A DNA stretch of 64,000 nt from an uncultured Nitrososphaeraceae archaeon (GCA_963779615.1 CAVZZA010000001.1:128001-192000), one strand, 5' to 3'; positions 44,815 through 56,882 are shown, numbered from the stretch's first letter. Notes: generated by a model not told the origin, from the letters alone. Numbers and translations: made by a program.

Positions 44815-45216
44815 GTGTCCTTACGGATGGATAAAGAAAATGTACAAGTGACAAAGAAAGCGAAAACAGATGAAAAAACACCCACGCCAAACGCGCACCA
44901 AAAAATCGATCAGAGAGATGACAAATGGCTAAGAAACATTAAGGAAAGCTGGAGAAACGTTCAATGCACTTGCGGAAGTAAATATCATTTTGATGGAGAT
45001 ATAGACAAGCTTTTTGAATGGGAAAGCATTCACCTACGCCATTTTGCCTCAGATTCTGACAATCACTCGATAATCTCTTTTTATCCCACGGATATGATAA
45101 TATACTATCATTCAAAATCCGGCTATGTGATTGAGAGAAGAAAACACAAAAGCCATGAAATCAATGAAATTAACCAATCATTGTTCACAGGCAAAGTAAC
45201 CCTAACAGGAGTCTGA
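44815..45216 (+). CDS. hypothetical protein (CxC...HxxH, possible metal binding)
   Basis: 133-aa ORF with TATA upstream; co-oriented with the next gene. Confidence 0.6.
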   Translation: MSLRMDKENVQVTKKAKTDEKTPTPNAHQKIDQRDDKWLRNIKESWRNVQCTCGSKYHFDGDIDKLFEWESIHLRHFASDSDNHSIISFYPTDMIIYYHSKSGYVIERRKHKSHEINEINQSLFTGKVTLTGV

Positions 45217-45240
45217 AATAAAGGTACTGAAAAAGACCAA

Positions 45241-46611
45241 GTGGTTTTAAAAAATACAAGCATTGTCATCATTGGAGCAGGAATTCTTGGGACAACCCTG
45301 TCCTACGTGATTTCATCTTTATCCGACGCAAAAATTACCTTAATTGAACAGGAAAACAAAGCGGGGTTTCACTCCAGTTCCAGAAACACAGGAAAAGTTC
45401 ACGCACCATTTATGTATGATCCGGAAAAAAAGAGGGTTTTAGCCAAGGCAGTGTCATATGGATACGATTTTTGGAGCATTTATTGCATGATAAAAAAAAT
45501 TTCGTTTAAAGAGGATGGCATAATAGAGGTGGCAACCAATACCAAAGGTAACGAAACAATACTCAAGCACATGGAATGGGGAATACGCAACGGATTGGGA
45601 AACAACGATATCCAGGTATTGGAAAAGAAGGAAGTTGAAAAAATTGAGCCAAATGTGAACTGCCAAACCGCCCTGTTGTGTAACAAGGATGCATCTGTAG
45701 ACTATGGAGAGATAACCCGAGCTTTGGCCATTGACGCCAGTAGAAACAAGGTCGACATCACGATGAATGCAAAGGTGACCAAAATTAAACACACACCTGA
45801 ATCTAACGGAGAAATTTATGTAAAGTACAAAAACCAACCACACAACAGCGAAAGCGAAATCAAGTGTGAATTTCTGATAAATGCTGCCGGTGGAAGTTCA
45901 CTGGATATGCTAAACATGATGAATTTAAACCACCATGGCCACTACAAGAACCTTCATTTTAGAGGGGAATACTGGGTTGCGCCGCAAAAATACAGGCATT
46001 TAACAAGTCACAGCATTTATTCGGTTCCAGAATTCCAACAATTTCCATTTTTGGATCCCCATTGGATAATAAGGTCCAATGGAAACAGGGAAATAGGGCC
46101 AAATGCCTGCCCGGTCTTCTCACAGTACGGATACGACACTAAAACGAATCTGAAAGAGGCATTTCCCAAAATATACGAATTTGTCAAAGGATCAGAAATA
46201 AAAAAGATAAAGAACATGATATTTAAAAAAGAAACCATAAAACTGGTGTCAAAGGAAATGTTAAGCAGCCTATCCAAAAGGCACATGATAAGCAGAGTTA
46301 AAAGGTTTTTGCCTTCATTAAAATCCAAAGACTTTGTGACCAGGGGAACTGCGGGTATCCGCTCAACTTTGATTGACAAAGACGGAAACTTCATGCTGAA
46401 CCCGTTATTTTTAATCGGCAACAACACACTGCATATCCTAAATTACAACTCACCCGGAGCAACAGGAGCTTTTTCAATCGGCTTGGCCCTGACCTTTAAG
46501 CTCATGGAAAAGGGAATAATAAAAAAAGATAAAGAGATAAACGCGCATTTTAAAGAAAAATTAATCTCAGATTGCGTAAAAGAAGTGGATGTCAGTTTAT
46601 TAAAAATCTAG
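45241..46611 (+). CDS. FAD-dependent oxidoreductase (L-2-hydroxyglutarate oxidase-like)
   Basis: IIGAGILG, HSSSRNTGKVH, INAAG, FRGEY, AGIRS, NSPGAT. Confidence 0.88.
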   Translation: MVLKNTSIVIIGAGILGTTLSYVISSLSDAKITLIEQENKAGFHSSSRNTGKVHAPFMYDPEKKRVLAKAVSYGYDFWSIYCMIKKISFKEDGIIEVATNTKGNETILKHMEWGIRNGLGNNDIQVLEKKEVEKIEPNVNCQTALLCNKDASVDYGEITRALAIDASRNKVDITMNAKVTKIKHTPESNGEIYVKYKNQPHNSESEIKCEFLINAAGGSSLDMLNMMNLNHHGHYKNLHFRGEYWVAPQKYRHLTSHSIYSVPEFQQFPFLDPHWIIRSNGNREIGPNACPVFSQYGYDTKTNLKEAFPKIYEFVKGSEIKKIKNMIFKKETIKLVSKEMLSSLSKRHMISRVKRFLPSLKSKDFVTRGTAGIRSTLIDKDGNFMLNPLFLIGNNTLHILNYNSPGATGAFSIGLALTFKLMEKGIIKKDKEINAHFKEKLISDCVKEVDVSLLKI

Positions 46612-46697
46612 TCTCAAAAAAAAGGAAAGGAAAGGAAAGGAAAAGCATATTATCAATGGTTTAAATACGTACTTTAGATAATATCATTAAAATTTAC

Positions 46698-46771
46698 GGG
46701 ATCATAGTCTAGCTTGGTATGATGCCAGCCTCGGGCGCTGGAGGCCGCCGGTTCAAATCCGGCTGATCCCA
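46698..46771 (+). tRNA. tRNA-Pro: tRNA-Pro (anticodon CGG)
   Basis: GGGATCA/TGATCCC acceptor stem; CCAGC-CTCGGGC-GCTGG anticodon arm; GCCGG-TTCAAAT-CCGGC T arm; TTTAAATA upstream. Confidence 0.95.
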
Positions 46772-47019
46772 TTATGGGATAACAACACAAGGTTTGAGTT
46801 TTGAAAAGAATAATGGTAACAAAGCCACACTAAAAAAGATAGTGGGGTAAAATAACATGTGACGGCCAAATATCCACCCTCCCCTTATTATTGGAATTCT
46901 TCTCATTCTTTTCCTCACAATGCCGTCACCACGTAAAACAACCAATCAAAAAAATGGAAATCAGGGGAGAAATAACAGATAACAGCACTTTAGATCAGAA
47001 ACAAAAGGCAAGTTATGTT

Positions 47020-47903
47020 TTATCCTGTACTTTTCACCCTGCAAATGGTATGCCCTATTATTCTCTTTTTAGCCTGGCCATGATTATTATACTCTTCTTG
47101 TTCTACAGATAATTCTTGGTTTCTTTTCTTTTTGTTTGGTAGAGACGGCATTTGCTCTGGAAGGACTTTCTCAACCGCAATACCCAAGGCCAAACACATT
47201 TACAACCTGCTTTGGAGTGACAGGATGAATCTTCTTATAGATATCATAGTCATGTCTATTCCCTATCTTGATTTGTTTTGTGAATGATAAGGCCAAGGTT
47301 GTTAACCATAAGTTGATTTTTGATGGTGTGTCTCTTTTTCTTTCCTGAGTAACACACTTTCCTTCTTTCTTTATTCTTTGGTCTTAATCTGCTGCTCTGA
47401 ACAATCCACGAAAGCAATAAAACCCGGAAAGTATTGCTCAACCTCCTCAGGTGTTCTTAGCCTTTTGGTTGTTTTGTGCATCTTTTGCAAAATTGGCACG
47501 CATTTTCTTACCAGCGGCTCAATCTTTTGAACATCCCTGGAGATGTTGCTCTGGTCCAAGTCAAACATAAAGCCGGCCAACGTGTGGGTTATGTAAAGAC
47601 GGCAACAGTGGACCAAAAGCATCAGAAGCCTGTTTTTAACATCCAGATTGAAATGTCGTCCAGCACCATGGATCGTTCCTTGCCATTTTTTCTTTTGGAT
47701 AATCGCCGGATTCCATGCCTGCCGTGTCTTTTCAATATCCCCGTATCATAAATATCGTCAAACTCTTACCGTTAGGCCGGTAAATGACTTGAAAAGCAAT
47801 GGTTTTTTGGACAAACTGTCATACAAGAGCAAAGAAAGGAAATGAGATTGATACGATGATGATCATAAAGCTGTTTAGGGGTCAATTACGCAAGAGATCT
47901 AAT
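47020..47903 (-). mobile_element. IS5-like (HTH_Tnp_4 + DDE_Tnp_4) degenerate element
   Basis: FDLDQSNISRD, FVDCSEQ, YSGKKKRHTIKNQ in broken frames; terminal repeat 47884-47903 matches 18437-18456. Confidence 0.82.
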
Positions 47904-48111
47904 GAATGAAAATAAGAAAGTCAAACCATTTACATTTGCAAGGTTCATTTATTCTATTTGTTGGTAACATGCCTATCTATTTTCATCTGCCCTACACAGA
48001 TAAACCAAAGAATAAACATACAAAAAATAAATCAGATTTTCGTTTTTTTATACATGTAGACACAAGACATGTAGATGATAACACATCTGTTAAATCAGAA
48101 GAGTATAGTGT

Positions 48112-48789
48112 CTATTTCTTTCTGAGTGCAAAAAATAGGAAAGTCAAATCGAGTCCAATAGGCCAATGTACAACCTTATCCTCGCATGTAAAATCTATCG
48201 GTTCAACAAGTTCAAAACCATTTTTTTCAGCTATCATAACGATATTACCTATTTCATCCTTACTGAAAATAATGTCAGGCACACTGCTAAAAGAAAAAAC
48301 CTTTGTTGAATTGTGGATTTTATCATACCAGTAATCGGTAGACGTTAAAATCATACCACCCTTCTTTAATACTCTATTCATTTCTTTAAAATAATTTTCA
48401 ATATCAACGCCATGTTCAATAACAGATAATGATGTGATATAGTCAAACATATCATTTCTGTAATTTGTATTTTCTAGATCTTGAATGGATAAGTTGAGTT
48501 GTTTGGTTTCATCTATCTCTGATTGTGGATTGCCATAGTCATTCAGGGAAAGGTCACATCCGTATAATTCTTTAAAACCAAGACTTTTAAGCATTGATAA
48601 AATAGGAGATGAATTACAGCCTACATCAAGAACAAAGGAATTTCTATCTGCTTTATTGATTATATCTATTATTTTGCTTACATCCCATGATTTTAATCTG
48701 TCTGAATGTGGAAAAAGATGAAGTGAAAGAAGATATCTTACTGCCTCATCCACTTGAGACATATTCTTTAAGGCCGAGTTATAATGCAT
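48112..48789 (-). CDS. class I SAM-dependent methyltransferase
   Basis: VLDVGC, FDYITSLSVIEHG, RVLKKGG. Confidence 0.9.
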   Translation of the reverse strand: MHYNSALKNMSQVDEAVRYLLSLHLFPHSDRLKSWDVSKIIDIINKADRNSFVLDVGCNSSPILSMLKSLGFKELYGCDLSLNDYGNPQSEIDETKQLNLSIQDLENTNYRNDMFDYITSLSVIEHGVDIENYFKEMNRVLKKGGMILTSTDYWYDKIHNSTKVFSFSSVPDIIFSKDEIGNIVMIAEKNGFELVEPIDFTCEDKVVHWPIGLDLTFLFFALRKK

Positions 48790-49117
48790 AGTTAAACCTT
48801 ATCAAATAACTTAAGTTGCAATATAAATCGATATCGTTTTATTTCAAAAGTAAACTTTTAGAAGGTTATCCATAAACTGATTTGTTGCCCTATTGAATAT
48901 TTTTATGGTATAATATTTTATTGATTTTGGATTTATTAATGCATCATAACCAAATATTCAGAGCTTGCTTTGATTTAGCGTCATTAACTGCTTTGTCACC
49001 TAACTCAACCTTTTAAGCCTAGTCTACCATTTTCAATCATTTGTGACTGACTGGCCATTGTATAATCGATCACTGGTTAGGCGAATAGAGATACTTTTGT
49101 CATACGAAGAATGAATG

Positions 49118-49618
49118 TTACAGTTTGATTTTAGGGACATGCAGGCCTGTAGTGGATCCACATGTCCCCACCTGTGGTCGGCTGAAACCTTGTCTGCCAT
49201 ATGCATAAATAATGCCAGACAAAGAGTGCCCGTGTCCTGTCATTGCGAACATATTTCGTTCTTCAGATGGCGGAACATCAAAAAAAATATGTAGTTCCAA
49301 TTCCATTTTGGCTACCCATATGCGACAGGGTTAATGGCCAGCCTTGATTGAGGTTTCATCAATAATATGGCCAGAAATCCAAATTTCTGCAAAACAACCT
49401 TTCCGTCTGGCCTGGATTTTGAATCCAAATCCCCGACTGCAATACGGCTTTTTACAACAAGCCGTTACAGAGCTGCATTTTTTAAAGAATAACGAAGGCA
49501 TTAAAGATGCAGGGATAGATATACCCTAAATAGTTCTTCGCCTCCATCTCTGAGACATATGTAATAAATACATCAAGAAAGAATACTATAGCTTTTTCTT
49601 AACTTTCCTTACAGAGTC
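49118..49618 (-). mobile_element. highly degenerate IS6-family remnant
   Basis: IIDETSIKAG..IWVA..SEERNMF; end ACTATAGCTTTTTCTTAA...ACAGAGTC resembles the right end of the 28232-28900 element. Confidence 0.7.
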
Positions 49619-49929
49619 ATACAGACATGCAAAAGCAAAATATGATCTGATTTACGTGTCTTTGAAAAAACTATTACCCAGAACTCCAAAATATTATAAC
49701 CCATTCAGAAAACTAGATTGTAAACAAGTCATCATTAATGCCAGGTTTTGCATCACCATAGTCCAAAGTAAAATATTTTTTATTGAAGGCGGCTAAAATA
49801 ATAAAAGTAATAGCCTAAAAACTTAAATATATTGCAAATATTAGAAGCATAAAGTCTATTAATTTGTGTAGATGGCAACTAGCATAAATATTAAATATCA
49901 TACTGCATATACTAACTATAAATTATCCT

Positions 49930-51033
49930 ATGGATGAGTTATTAAGAAAATTTTACAAGAATTATAAATCCTCTAAAGTAAATAACGTATTTACCAAGCC
50001 ATCAAACAGAAAAACAGGAGGCAATAATTCTGAATCTCCCCCGACCAACTTAGTCCAAGAGGGTATTATAGCAGGCCAAAAAATTGCAAAAATATCAGTC
50101 ATAACTTTGATAAGCATTGGAATAGTGGAGATAGCTGCCGGTTACTTTAGCGGCAGCAATGTGGCAACCGCAGATGGAATTGATTCCCTATCTGATGCAT
50201 TGATTTCCTTTATGGTCTTGATAGGTTTAAGAATTGCCCATAAGCCAGCCGATAGGAAATTTCACTTTGGGTACCACAAAGTCGAAAGTTTTGCAGCCCT
50301 GATGGCCGCAATAGGAATGATAGTTATCGGTGTAGTCATACTGTACAACTCATACCAAACACTGTTGCATCCCCATGAGATCAATCATCCGTACATTGTT
50401 ATGGCAATATTAGCTGGAGCAAGCGCTCTTTCCTTGCACAGGGCATTTCAAATGCGCACCATTGCAAACAAGTACAATCTGCTTTCACTCAAAACAGACG
50501 CAAGAAACTCAATAAAGGACGGTTCAGCGTCTGTTGTTGGTTTCTTTAGCATACTGATTTCGACACAGTTTGGATTTGTCCAAATGGATGCAATAGGTGG
50601 AATGATTATAGCCTTCTACATCTTTTCCGTATCATACATATCGCTAAAGAGGTCATCCCTTATACTTGTAGACTCATGGCAAAACCCAAAGTTAACTGAA
50701 ATAATCAAAAACATAATTTCCGAACAATTCAAGGATGAACAGATCCACGTCAGAGAGGTTTTACTTCGCTCGTCTGGAATGGTCGATCAGGCTGAAATTC
50801 ACGTTGCAGTAGACGGAAAGGAGTCGATATCAGAGGTAGAAGAGCTTTCACTGCAAATCCAGGAGGTTGTCAATTCGAAATTCCCATCAATAGAAAGAGT
50901 TTTGGTTGTACCTCATGCTTATTCAAAAACAGACAGCAACGTTAGCGCATCAAGGAGAAACCTATTAAGGAACATAAAGCTAAAGAAACCCTCAATGTAC
51001 ACAAACAAAGGCAACAATGTTGGACAGAAATAA
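49930..51033 (+). CDS. cation diffusion facilitator (CDF) transporter
   Basis: ADGIDSLSD, KPADRKFHFGYHKVES, C-terminal dimerisation domain. Confidence 0.92.
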   Translation: MDELLRKFYKNYKSSKVNNVFTKPSNRKTGGNNSESPPTNLVQEGIIAGQKIAKISVITLISIGIVEIAAGYFSGSNVATADGIDSLSDALISFMVLIGLRIAHKPADRKFHFGYHKVESFAALMAAIGMIVIGVVILYNSYQTLLHPHEINHPYIVMAILAGASALSLHRAFQMRTIANKYNLLSLKTDARNSIKDGSASVVGFFSILISTQFGFVQMDAIGGMIIAFYIFSVSYISLKRSSLILVDSWQNPKLTEIIKNIISEQFKDEQIHVREVLLRSSGMVDQAEIHVAVDGKESISEVEELSLQIQEVVNSKFPSIERVLVVPHAYSKTDSNVSASRRNLLRNIKLKKPSMYTNKGNNVGQK

Positions 51034-51367
51034 GCAGTAGGGAAGAAGAATAAACACGGCTTTGGAAAAATAATTTTTTATTTTATTTTATTTTAAGACC
51101 CCTGAAATTTAAATCACTACTAAAAAAAACAAGGAATAATATTTTGAAAGAACAGGAATTTTTTAAAATCAATCGTGGTATGTGTTATACGCGATCAGTG
51201 ATAAAAAAGTGTTGAATTTTCAATCCGCCATTAGGATGGGATACTCAATTCAAAAATCGCGCCTTGAATACAGGATATGGTTTTTGCCCCATCTATAGTA
51301 ACGTATTATGCCTAATCCACATACTTTTGTAAACCAAATTGGCAAATGATGAAACGAATATTGTGGA

Positions 51368-51718
51368 TTATTGTATTCCTGCCAGCCCTGAAAGTCCTGT
51401 CAACCCGGTTATTCCTTGGCTGCTCGGGTTGTTATTCCCGGTTATTCCTTGGCTGCTCTGGTCGTTAAACCCTTTTGCGGTGTTATCATTGCCTGATATT
51501 TGAGCGCCTTGGTTGCCCTGGACACACCCTGGAGACCTGTAGCAGAAGTTATCTTGATCCAGATGCTGGTTGGTGCGACTATCAGATTTGGATTTTAAGT
51601 TTTTATGAGGCTGATCATTACCAGCAGCATATGATTGGAGGGGAATCAAACTTGTTCCCATAACTAGTAATGACGTTATTGCCGCTACTACAATCAATGA
51701 ACTTTTGACATTATTCAT
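51368..51718 (-). CDS. short secreted QN/CC-module protein with a vestigial Gly-X-Y tail
   Basis: Signal peptide ending PLQSYA; QHLDQDNFCYRSPGCVQGNQGAQISGNDNTAKGFNDQS; GITGLTGLSGLAGIQ. Confidence 0.85.
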   Translation of the reverse strand: MNNVKSSLIVVAAITSLLVMGTSLIPLQSYAAGNDQPHKNLKSKSDSRTNQHLDQDNFCYRSPGCVQGNQGAQISGNDNTAKGFNDQSSQGITGNNNPSSQGITGLTGLSGLAGIQ

Positions 51719-52280
51719 ATACTAATTATTGATCATTTAATAATTTAATTGAAATTCGTCTTTTAATACTTCAAGTTTCTATCAATTTATCATAGCAAAA
51801 AAGTAATTATAACAATAATACTAGACATAGTCTAGTGAATATTTATTGTATCTTTATTAGTGATTCTACAACCTAATTATTATTCTATTTTTACTACCAA
51901 ATTTAGGACCGAGTAATTTTTGCAGTAGTTTTTTATTGACCTATAAAATCCTATTTTAGAATAGATACAATGTTTCAAAAACCAATGATTCCCGGCAAAC
52001 AAAAGATATCAAAATAAAATAACTGTTATTTTTATCTATAACTAAAGAATATAAATACAATAAAAAGGAATTTGAATAAAAAATTGGCTATTTCACAACA
52101 TATCCTCCAAATCAATAAATTCAAACGATAGATCTCAAACCTTAAACCTTGTTAAGATGTTGTAAAAAACATATTGAAAAGCATGAAACAGAACTTTGAC
52201 TAAAGATCAACATCTAATTGAATTTGTGATTTATAAAAAATTTTTTCTGGCTTTATTATTATGAAAATAAAAAAAAGGAG

Positions 52281-53138
52281 TTAGACTATGGGTTCGTTTT
52301 CAAAACACACCACAGTAGTGGTTACAGTAGTGGTGCCAGAATTAGAAGCAACTGCTGTGGTTGTCCACCCTGTAGGAGGAGTTGTCGGTCCACCACCAAC
52401 TGGTAGGAAGATGGTCACTCTTGGGCCATTAGTGGTAGTATAAGAGCCACTCAAAGCAGTGTCCCCAGTATCACAATTAACTGCGGATGGAGTAGTAGTG
52501 CAGTTATTTCCTGAACAGGTCCCCGGAGTAGCATCTGTTACAGTGTAAATGTTTCCGGTTACGTTAGATGGACCAGGTGGACCTCTTTCACCATCGGCTC
52601 CATCTTCACCATTAGTACCATCAATACCATTTGCCATCACGCCATCTTTACCTGGTGCACCATCTTCACCATTAGTACCATCAATACCATTAGTGCCATC
52701 TTTACCGGGGGCACCATCTTCACCATCAATACCATTGATACCATTTGACCATCAGTACCTGGGGGGACCTGCTGGACCTGCGGGACCTGCTGGACCAACT
52801 GCGCCTGAGCCGGCCGTTGTTGAGGTTGGGATTGATTCGATATCAAAGTTTTTGCTCTGGTCATTGAATCCCGTTGCTTCATTATCATTGCCCTCTATCT
52901 GTTGGGCATCATTGGCCTGTTGACACTCGGGGGATCTGTAGCAGAGGTTATCTTGATCCAGATCCTGGTTTGCTTTTGAATTTGAATCTTTAGAAAAATC
53001 TCCTCCCCAATCTTCGGTTTCATCGTGCGAATCTGAATTGTCCTTGACCGCATACGATTGCATTGGGATTATGTTTGTCCCCAAAATTAGGGACGATGCT
53101 ATTAAAGATATAATAAATAGGTTTTTTGTATTTTTCAT
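52281..53138 (-). CDS. secreted collagen-like protein with QN/CC module (several frameshifts in the collagen region)
   Basis: Signal peptide; QDLDQDNLCYRSPECQQANDAQQIEGNDNEATGFNDQS; GPA and GIDGTNGEDGAP repeats; head NCDTGDTALSGSY...W...VVCF. Confidence 0.82.
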
Positions 53139-54001
53139 ACTATGAATTGATAGTCCTTTTTATGCATTATATGAAATAGGTCTGCTTATACTCGAACCCC
53201 TTTTTGAATTTTTTAGCCTATAAAAATCAGCATAACAATAATACCGAGTATATTTAGGTGAATATCTAACAGATTTGCATATTTAATTTATTGATTTGGT
53301 TGTGGGTTATTGGAACACCTTTAAGACTTATTGTCATCATAGCACATATGCAAGTTAAAGTTACTATCGTAAAACAGTTTTTTAAAAAAGTATTAAATCC
53401 TTTATCTTTTGGCAAGATCATGGTTAAGAGAGAACTCAAGTAGGTCCTCTGGTTTTTTCCATCCTTTACACTGGTATTTATCGATGTTTACAAATAAGTT
53501 ATACAACAATTTTTGTGCGAATTGAAGAGCAAAAAATTAACAAAATTGGCTGTTTTTATTACTCGTAATCAACTAAAACCGATAAGAACTCAACCAGCAG
53601 CCAAAGTGAACAGGACCAATATCTTTGATGTCGATAATATTCTGGCATCAATTAGATTCATGTAAACCATAGCCCAAGTTGCTGATGGAACAACAGATAC
53701 TATCCTTATAACAATAATCATAACACAAACCCGCTGTAAATGTAATGGACATTTGATAATACCGATATATTCATAAAGTCTGAAATGAAGCCCGGTAATT
53801 AACAAATAAAAAAGAAATCAACAGATCTGGAAACTCATTTGTTCTCCACTTTTTTATCAGCATATAATTCATCTTATCGTTTATATTATATGATCATGAA
53901 AGGTGTTTTACAACCTTTTGTAATTACTATTTATATGCCTTTTTGATTACAAAATGATTATTTTCCATAGGCTTATATACGATATTTTCAAACTTTAAAC
54001 A

Positions 54002-54791
54002 ATGAAGACAAATTTTGATAAAGTAATATTAGTTTTTACCATTTTAGCGATAACATCATTTTTGTATTATTCATCCAGTGCAGATACTGTATCTGCGCAA
54101 GTGAACAATAGCGGTAGCGGTAACAACCAGCCAAACATCAATGCGCAGAGTCTTTTCAACACTAAAACAATGGTATTGGGAAACAATGTAAAGAACCTTG
54201 TGATACTCATACCTGATGAGGGACACCACGGTCCCAATGAAGTCGATGAGGCCAGGTTCCTTGAACAGCAATTTGTTCCCGCAAATGCAGTAATCAACGC
54301 TGGAACCACCGTAGCATGGTTTAGTGGCGATGTGGGGCATGAGCGTACGGTTAACGTAAAGGATGCAACTGGCAATTCAGTTTTATTCAGTACCTGGGAT
54401 AATACCAGAAAGCCAGGTATCAAAAACATACACATTCAACACTCCTGGCACCTATAACTATGAGGCAATGGGCGACCCAGGCGTCATAATGAAAGGAAAC
54501 ATAACCGTCAAAAGCATTCAATCCCCAGTAACCTCACCCACTGCGCCGAGTGGTGGAATAGACACAGTAGGAGTGTTGATGGTTCCGACACAGGGCATAG
54601 ACAAATATACGCAGGACATCAAGAATGCCGGTTTAACGGTTGACAGTGGGCATAGCTTCACTGACCTAAGGGGAGGCCAGAAGGGAACAGGGGATGTGCA
54701 GACACTCTTGGTGTGGACCTCAGGGGGAAAGGATTTGAACAGTGTGGTTGCGCCCTTAAGGCAGATATCCTTAGCATTGCCATACAGCTAA
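54002..54791 (+). CDS. secreted cupredoxin-like hypothetical protein (+1 frameshift at ~54395)
   Basis: Signal peptide; FVPANAVINAGTTVAW..GD..H...YTFNTPGTYNY....MKG resembles a cupredoxin fold, but the Cu-binding Cys is not evident. Confidence 0.65.
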
Positions 54792-55545
54792 CACCTTTTT
54801 TATTTATTTGAACTATTTGATACTTCAATTTCTTTTTATGTTTCACAAACACACAAATGACAAGCAGAGCAGTAACATAAACAGGTTGTAGAACATACCT
54901 ATGATGTCTTTTATAGATGCTTTTTAGCAAATTGGTGCATTGTTGAAAGAGTGCATTGTTTAAGGCATTAATTACGTTATTCGTTTGAGTGGGCAGAACG
55001 TTACTGAATGCTCCAATGTGTCGAATGTGTTCCACCATTAAGATACAAACATTCTTTATACCTATCCACTGCCGCAACCCCATAGTCATAGGCTTAAGGA
55101 AAACGTCCATCTTTTTGGTATTAAGGATGCAAGGCTCTGGACAGCCTAATGGGTAGGCTGCACAAGACATGCTGCGGATAAACTTCACTCTTCAAAAGTG
55201 GAAAAAATATAGCCGAAAAAATGCATATATTCCTATCAGTAACGACTGGCACTATTTCCAAACGGCATTCAAAAATGAGATATTCAAAATAGATGGCCAC
55301 GAACCAAACATATCAACCATGTTTCAAGGGGACCGCAACAACCTCAAGATGGGGGTTGAATGCATTCACAGCCGTCACAGCAATAAATGACAGGCAGTCA
55401 AAATGCCATAAACAAATAAAAGCTTTTGTTTTACCTTTCAATGATGTGATATTGTTCTGTTACATACATATAAAGCACAATTTGGGTTATTAAGCCAAAA
55501 AAAATAAGGTTTGCAGGCTATTTGTATGACTGTTTATGGGTGCAA

Positions 55546-55767
55546 TTAATCTGTGCTTTGATCGTCAAATGCAAATTGGAAATTATGTTTGCCTGATGCC
55601 TGTTGTCCTATGTTAGACTGTTGGCAACCTGCAAAAGCACAGATATTTGTTCCCTTTTGTGAATTTTCACTTTTAGATGCATCCGCCTGCATTGTCGTCG
55701 AGGTTATTCCTGCAACTAATAGGGAGGTTATTGCCACCATCATCAACAAAAAAGATATGTTTTTCAT
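55546..55767 (-). CDS. minimal secreted QN/CC-module protein (divergent)
   Basis: Signal peptide ending MQADA; QKGTNICAFAGCQQSNIGQQASGKHNFQFAFDDQS, then stop. Confidence 0.75.
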   Translation of the reverse strand: MKNISFLLMMVAITSLLVAGITSTTMQADASKSENSQKGTNICAFAGCQQSNIGQQASGKHNFQFAFDDQSTD

Positions 55768-55919
55768 GTGACTTATAGATGATTTTATTGCATATTAATA
55801 ATGGGTAAATATATACTGCAAATGTTTTAGGAGTTTATTATACTTAAAAAAATAGTATGATTATTATACTTATTTCTATACTAAAAATTTAGTCTCATTT
55901 CTTTTTCAGACAGCGTAGC

Positions 55920-56470
55920 ATCATACTGGTCAAACTTTTTTTGCAACCCATCAATCTCAACCTCGCTCCAGATGGAATTTGCAGAGCTCAGCCTGCCAAC
56001 CTCCTCTACGGCTTAATAAAGTTCGCAATTTAGGTCGGTGTTTTCCTGCCATCTTTATAATGCGGGTAATGTCATTTTTTTGGCAGCCCTTCATTTTTTA
56101 ATAACCATCATAGAGATATTCCAGCAGACAGATTCCATTCCTCCCCTGCCTCTCCTTGCAGATGGTCATCAATTTGTCCTAGTTTAGCAGTAGCAGTTAG
56201 TAAGAATACACACCCAAAACCAGACCTGTTTCTATGTTTAGCGAAATTGCAACATCTACAAGGTTCTTGCCATCCTTAGGGTTTGAATGCCATGGAATTT
56301 ATGATTAATTATTACCTTGATAGGACAAATCTCCTCCAGGGTGTATTCCGAATGCCGTTCCAATGTCCTTAAGGGAGACAATGGGCTACCTGCGCTATAT
56401 CCCTAGCATTTTTTCCTCCTCTGCCAGTTTTATTATAAGGCCCTTCTTTTCCTTTCGGGTTAAATTCACT
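55920..56470 (-). pseudogene. degenerate HTH-containing hypothetical gene
   Basis: NLTRKEKKGLIIKLAEEEKMLGDIAQVAH/SLKDIG...KNLVDVAISLNI with many stops; HTH-like pattern. Confidence 0.55.
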
Positions 56471-56633
56471 TTTTACACCATACAGATAACCAACTAGTTT
56501 AAAAAGTCCTGATTCCTGATTTTTTGGTTAAAACAGAACGACATTAAAGGATAATAAATCTATACCTATGCCTCTAAACGACAAAAGATTCAAAAGGCTT
56601 AACCTTTAATACTTTTTGTCCCCTACCTTAACC

Positions 56634-56882
56634 ATGTCCCCGCTCTCCAAGTCAGAGGTCCTCTTTCTGCATGGCCAAAAGAAAGTTTCAAAGCCCTACG
56701 AGTACAAGTTAAAGTCCGTCATCAAGAAAAAACTATCCAAACTAGTGGACAAGGAACTTCCCTTGTTATCATCTCTATTCCCCAACCTTAATCTGACCTT
56801 ACCAAAAACGGTCAAGCATTTCGCCCCCTCAGAGCGAGGGTCACGGGTTCAAATCCCGCACTTCGCACCTTTTGGCATTTGA
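56634..56882 (+). CDS. small basic hypothetical protein running into a tRNA fragment
   Basis: LSKSEVLFLHGQKKVSKPYEYKLKSVIKKKL; the 3' end reads through the tRNA-Glu remnant. Confidence 0.5.
   Translation: MSPLSKSEVLFLHGQKKVSKPYEYKLKSVIKKKLSKLVDKELPLLSSLFPNLNLTLPKTVKHFAPSERGSRVQIPHFAPFGI
56809..56869 (+). pseudogene. tRNA-Glu(CTC)-like 3' fragment (att-like)
   Basis: CGGTCAAGCATT-TCGCC-CCCTCAG-AGCGA-GGGTC-ACGGG-TTCAAAT-CCCGC-ACTTCGCACC; 5' acceptor strand missing and stems mismatched. Confidence 0.7.

Noticed and set aside
46621-46645. (AAAGG)n microsatellite
   Set aside because: Short purine tract between a gene end and the tRNA promoter; no evidence of function
52560-52800. Short tandem repeats (CACCATCTTCACCATTAGTACCATCAATACCAT)
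   Set aside because: Explained by collagen Gly-X-Y codons
54830-55493. ORFs at 54658-55188 (-) and 55169-55493 (+)
   Set aside because: They overlap the real gene or lack recognisable features; possibly pseudogene debris
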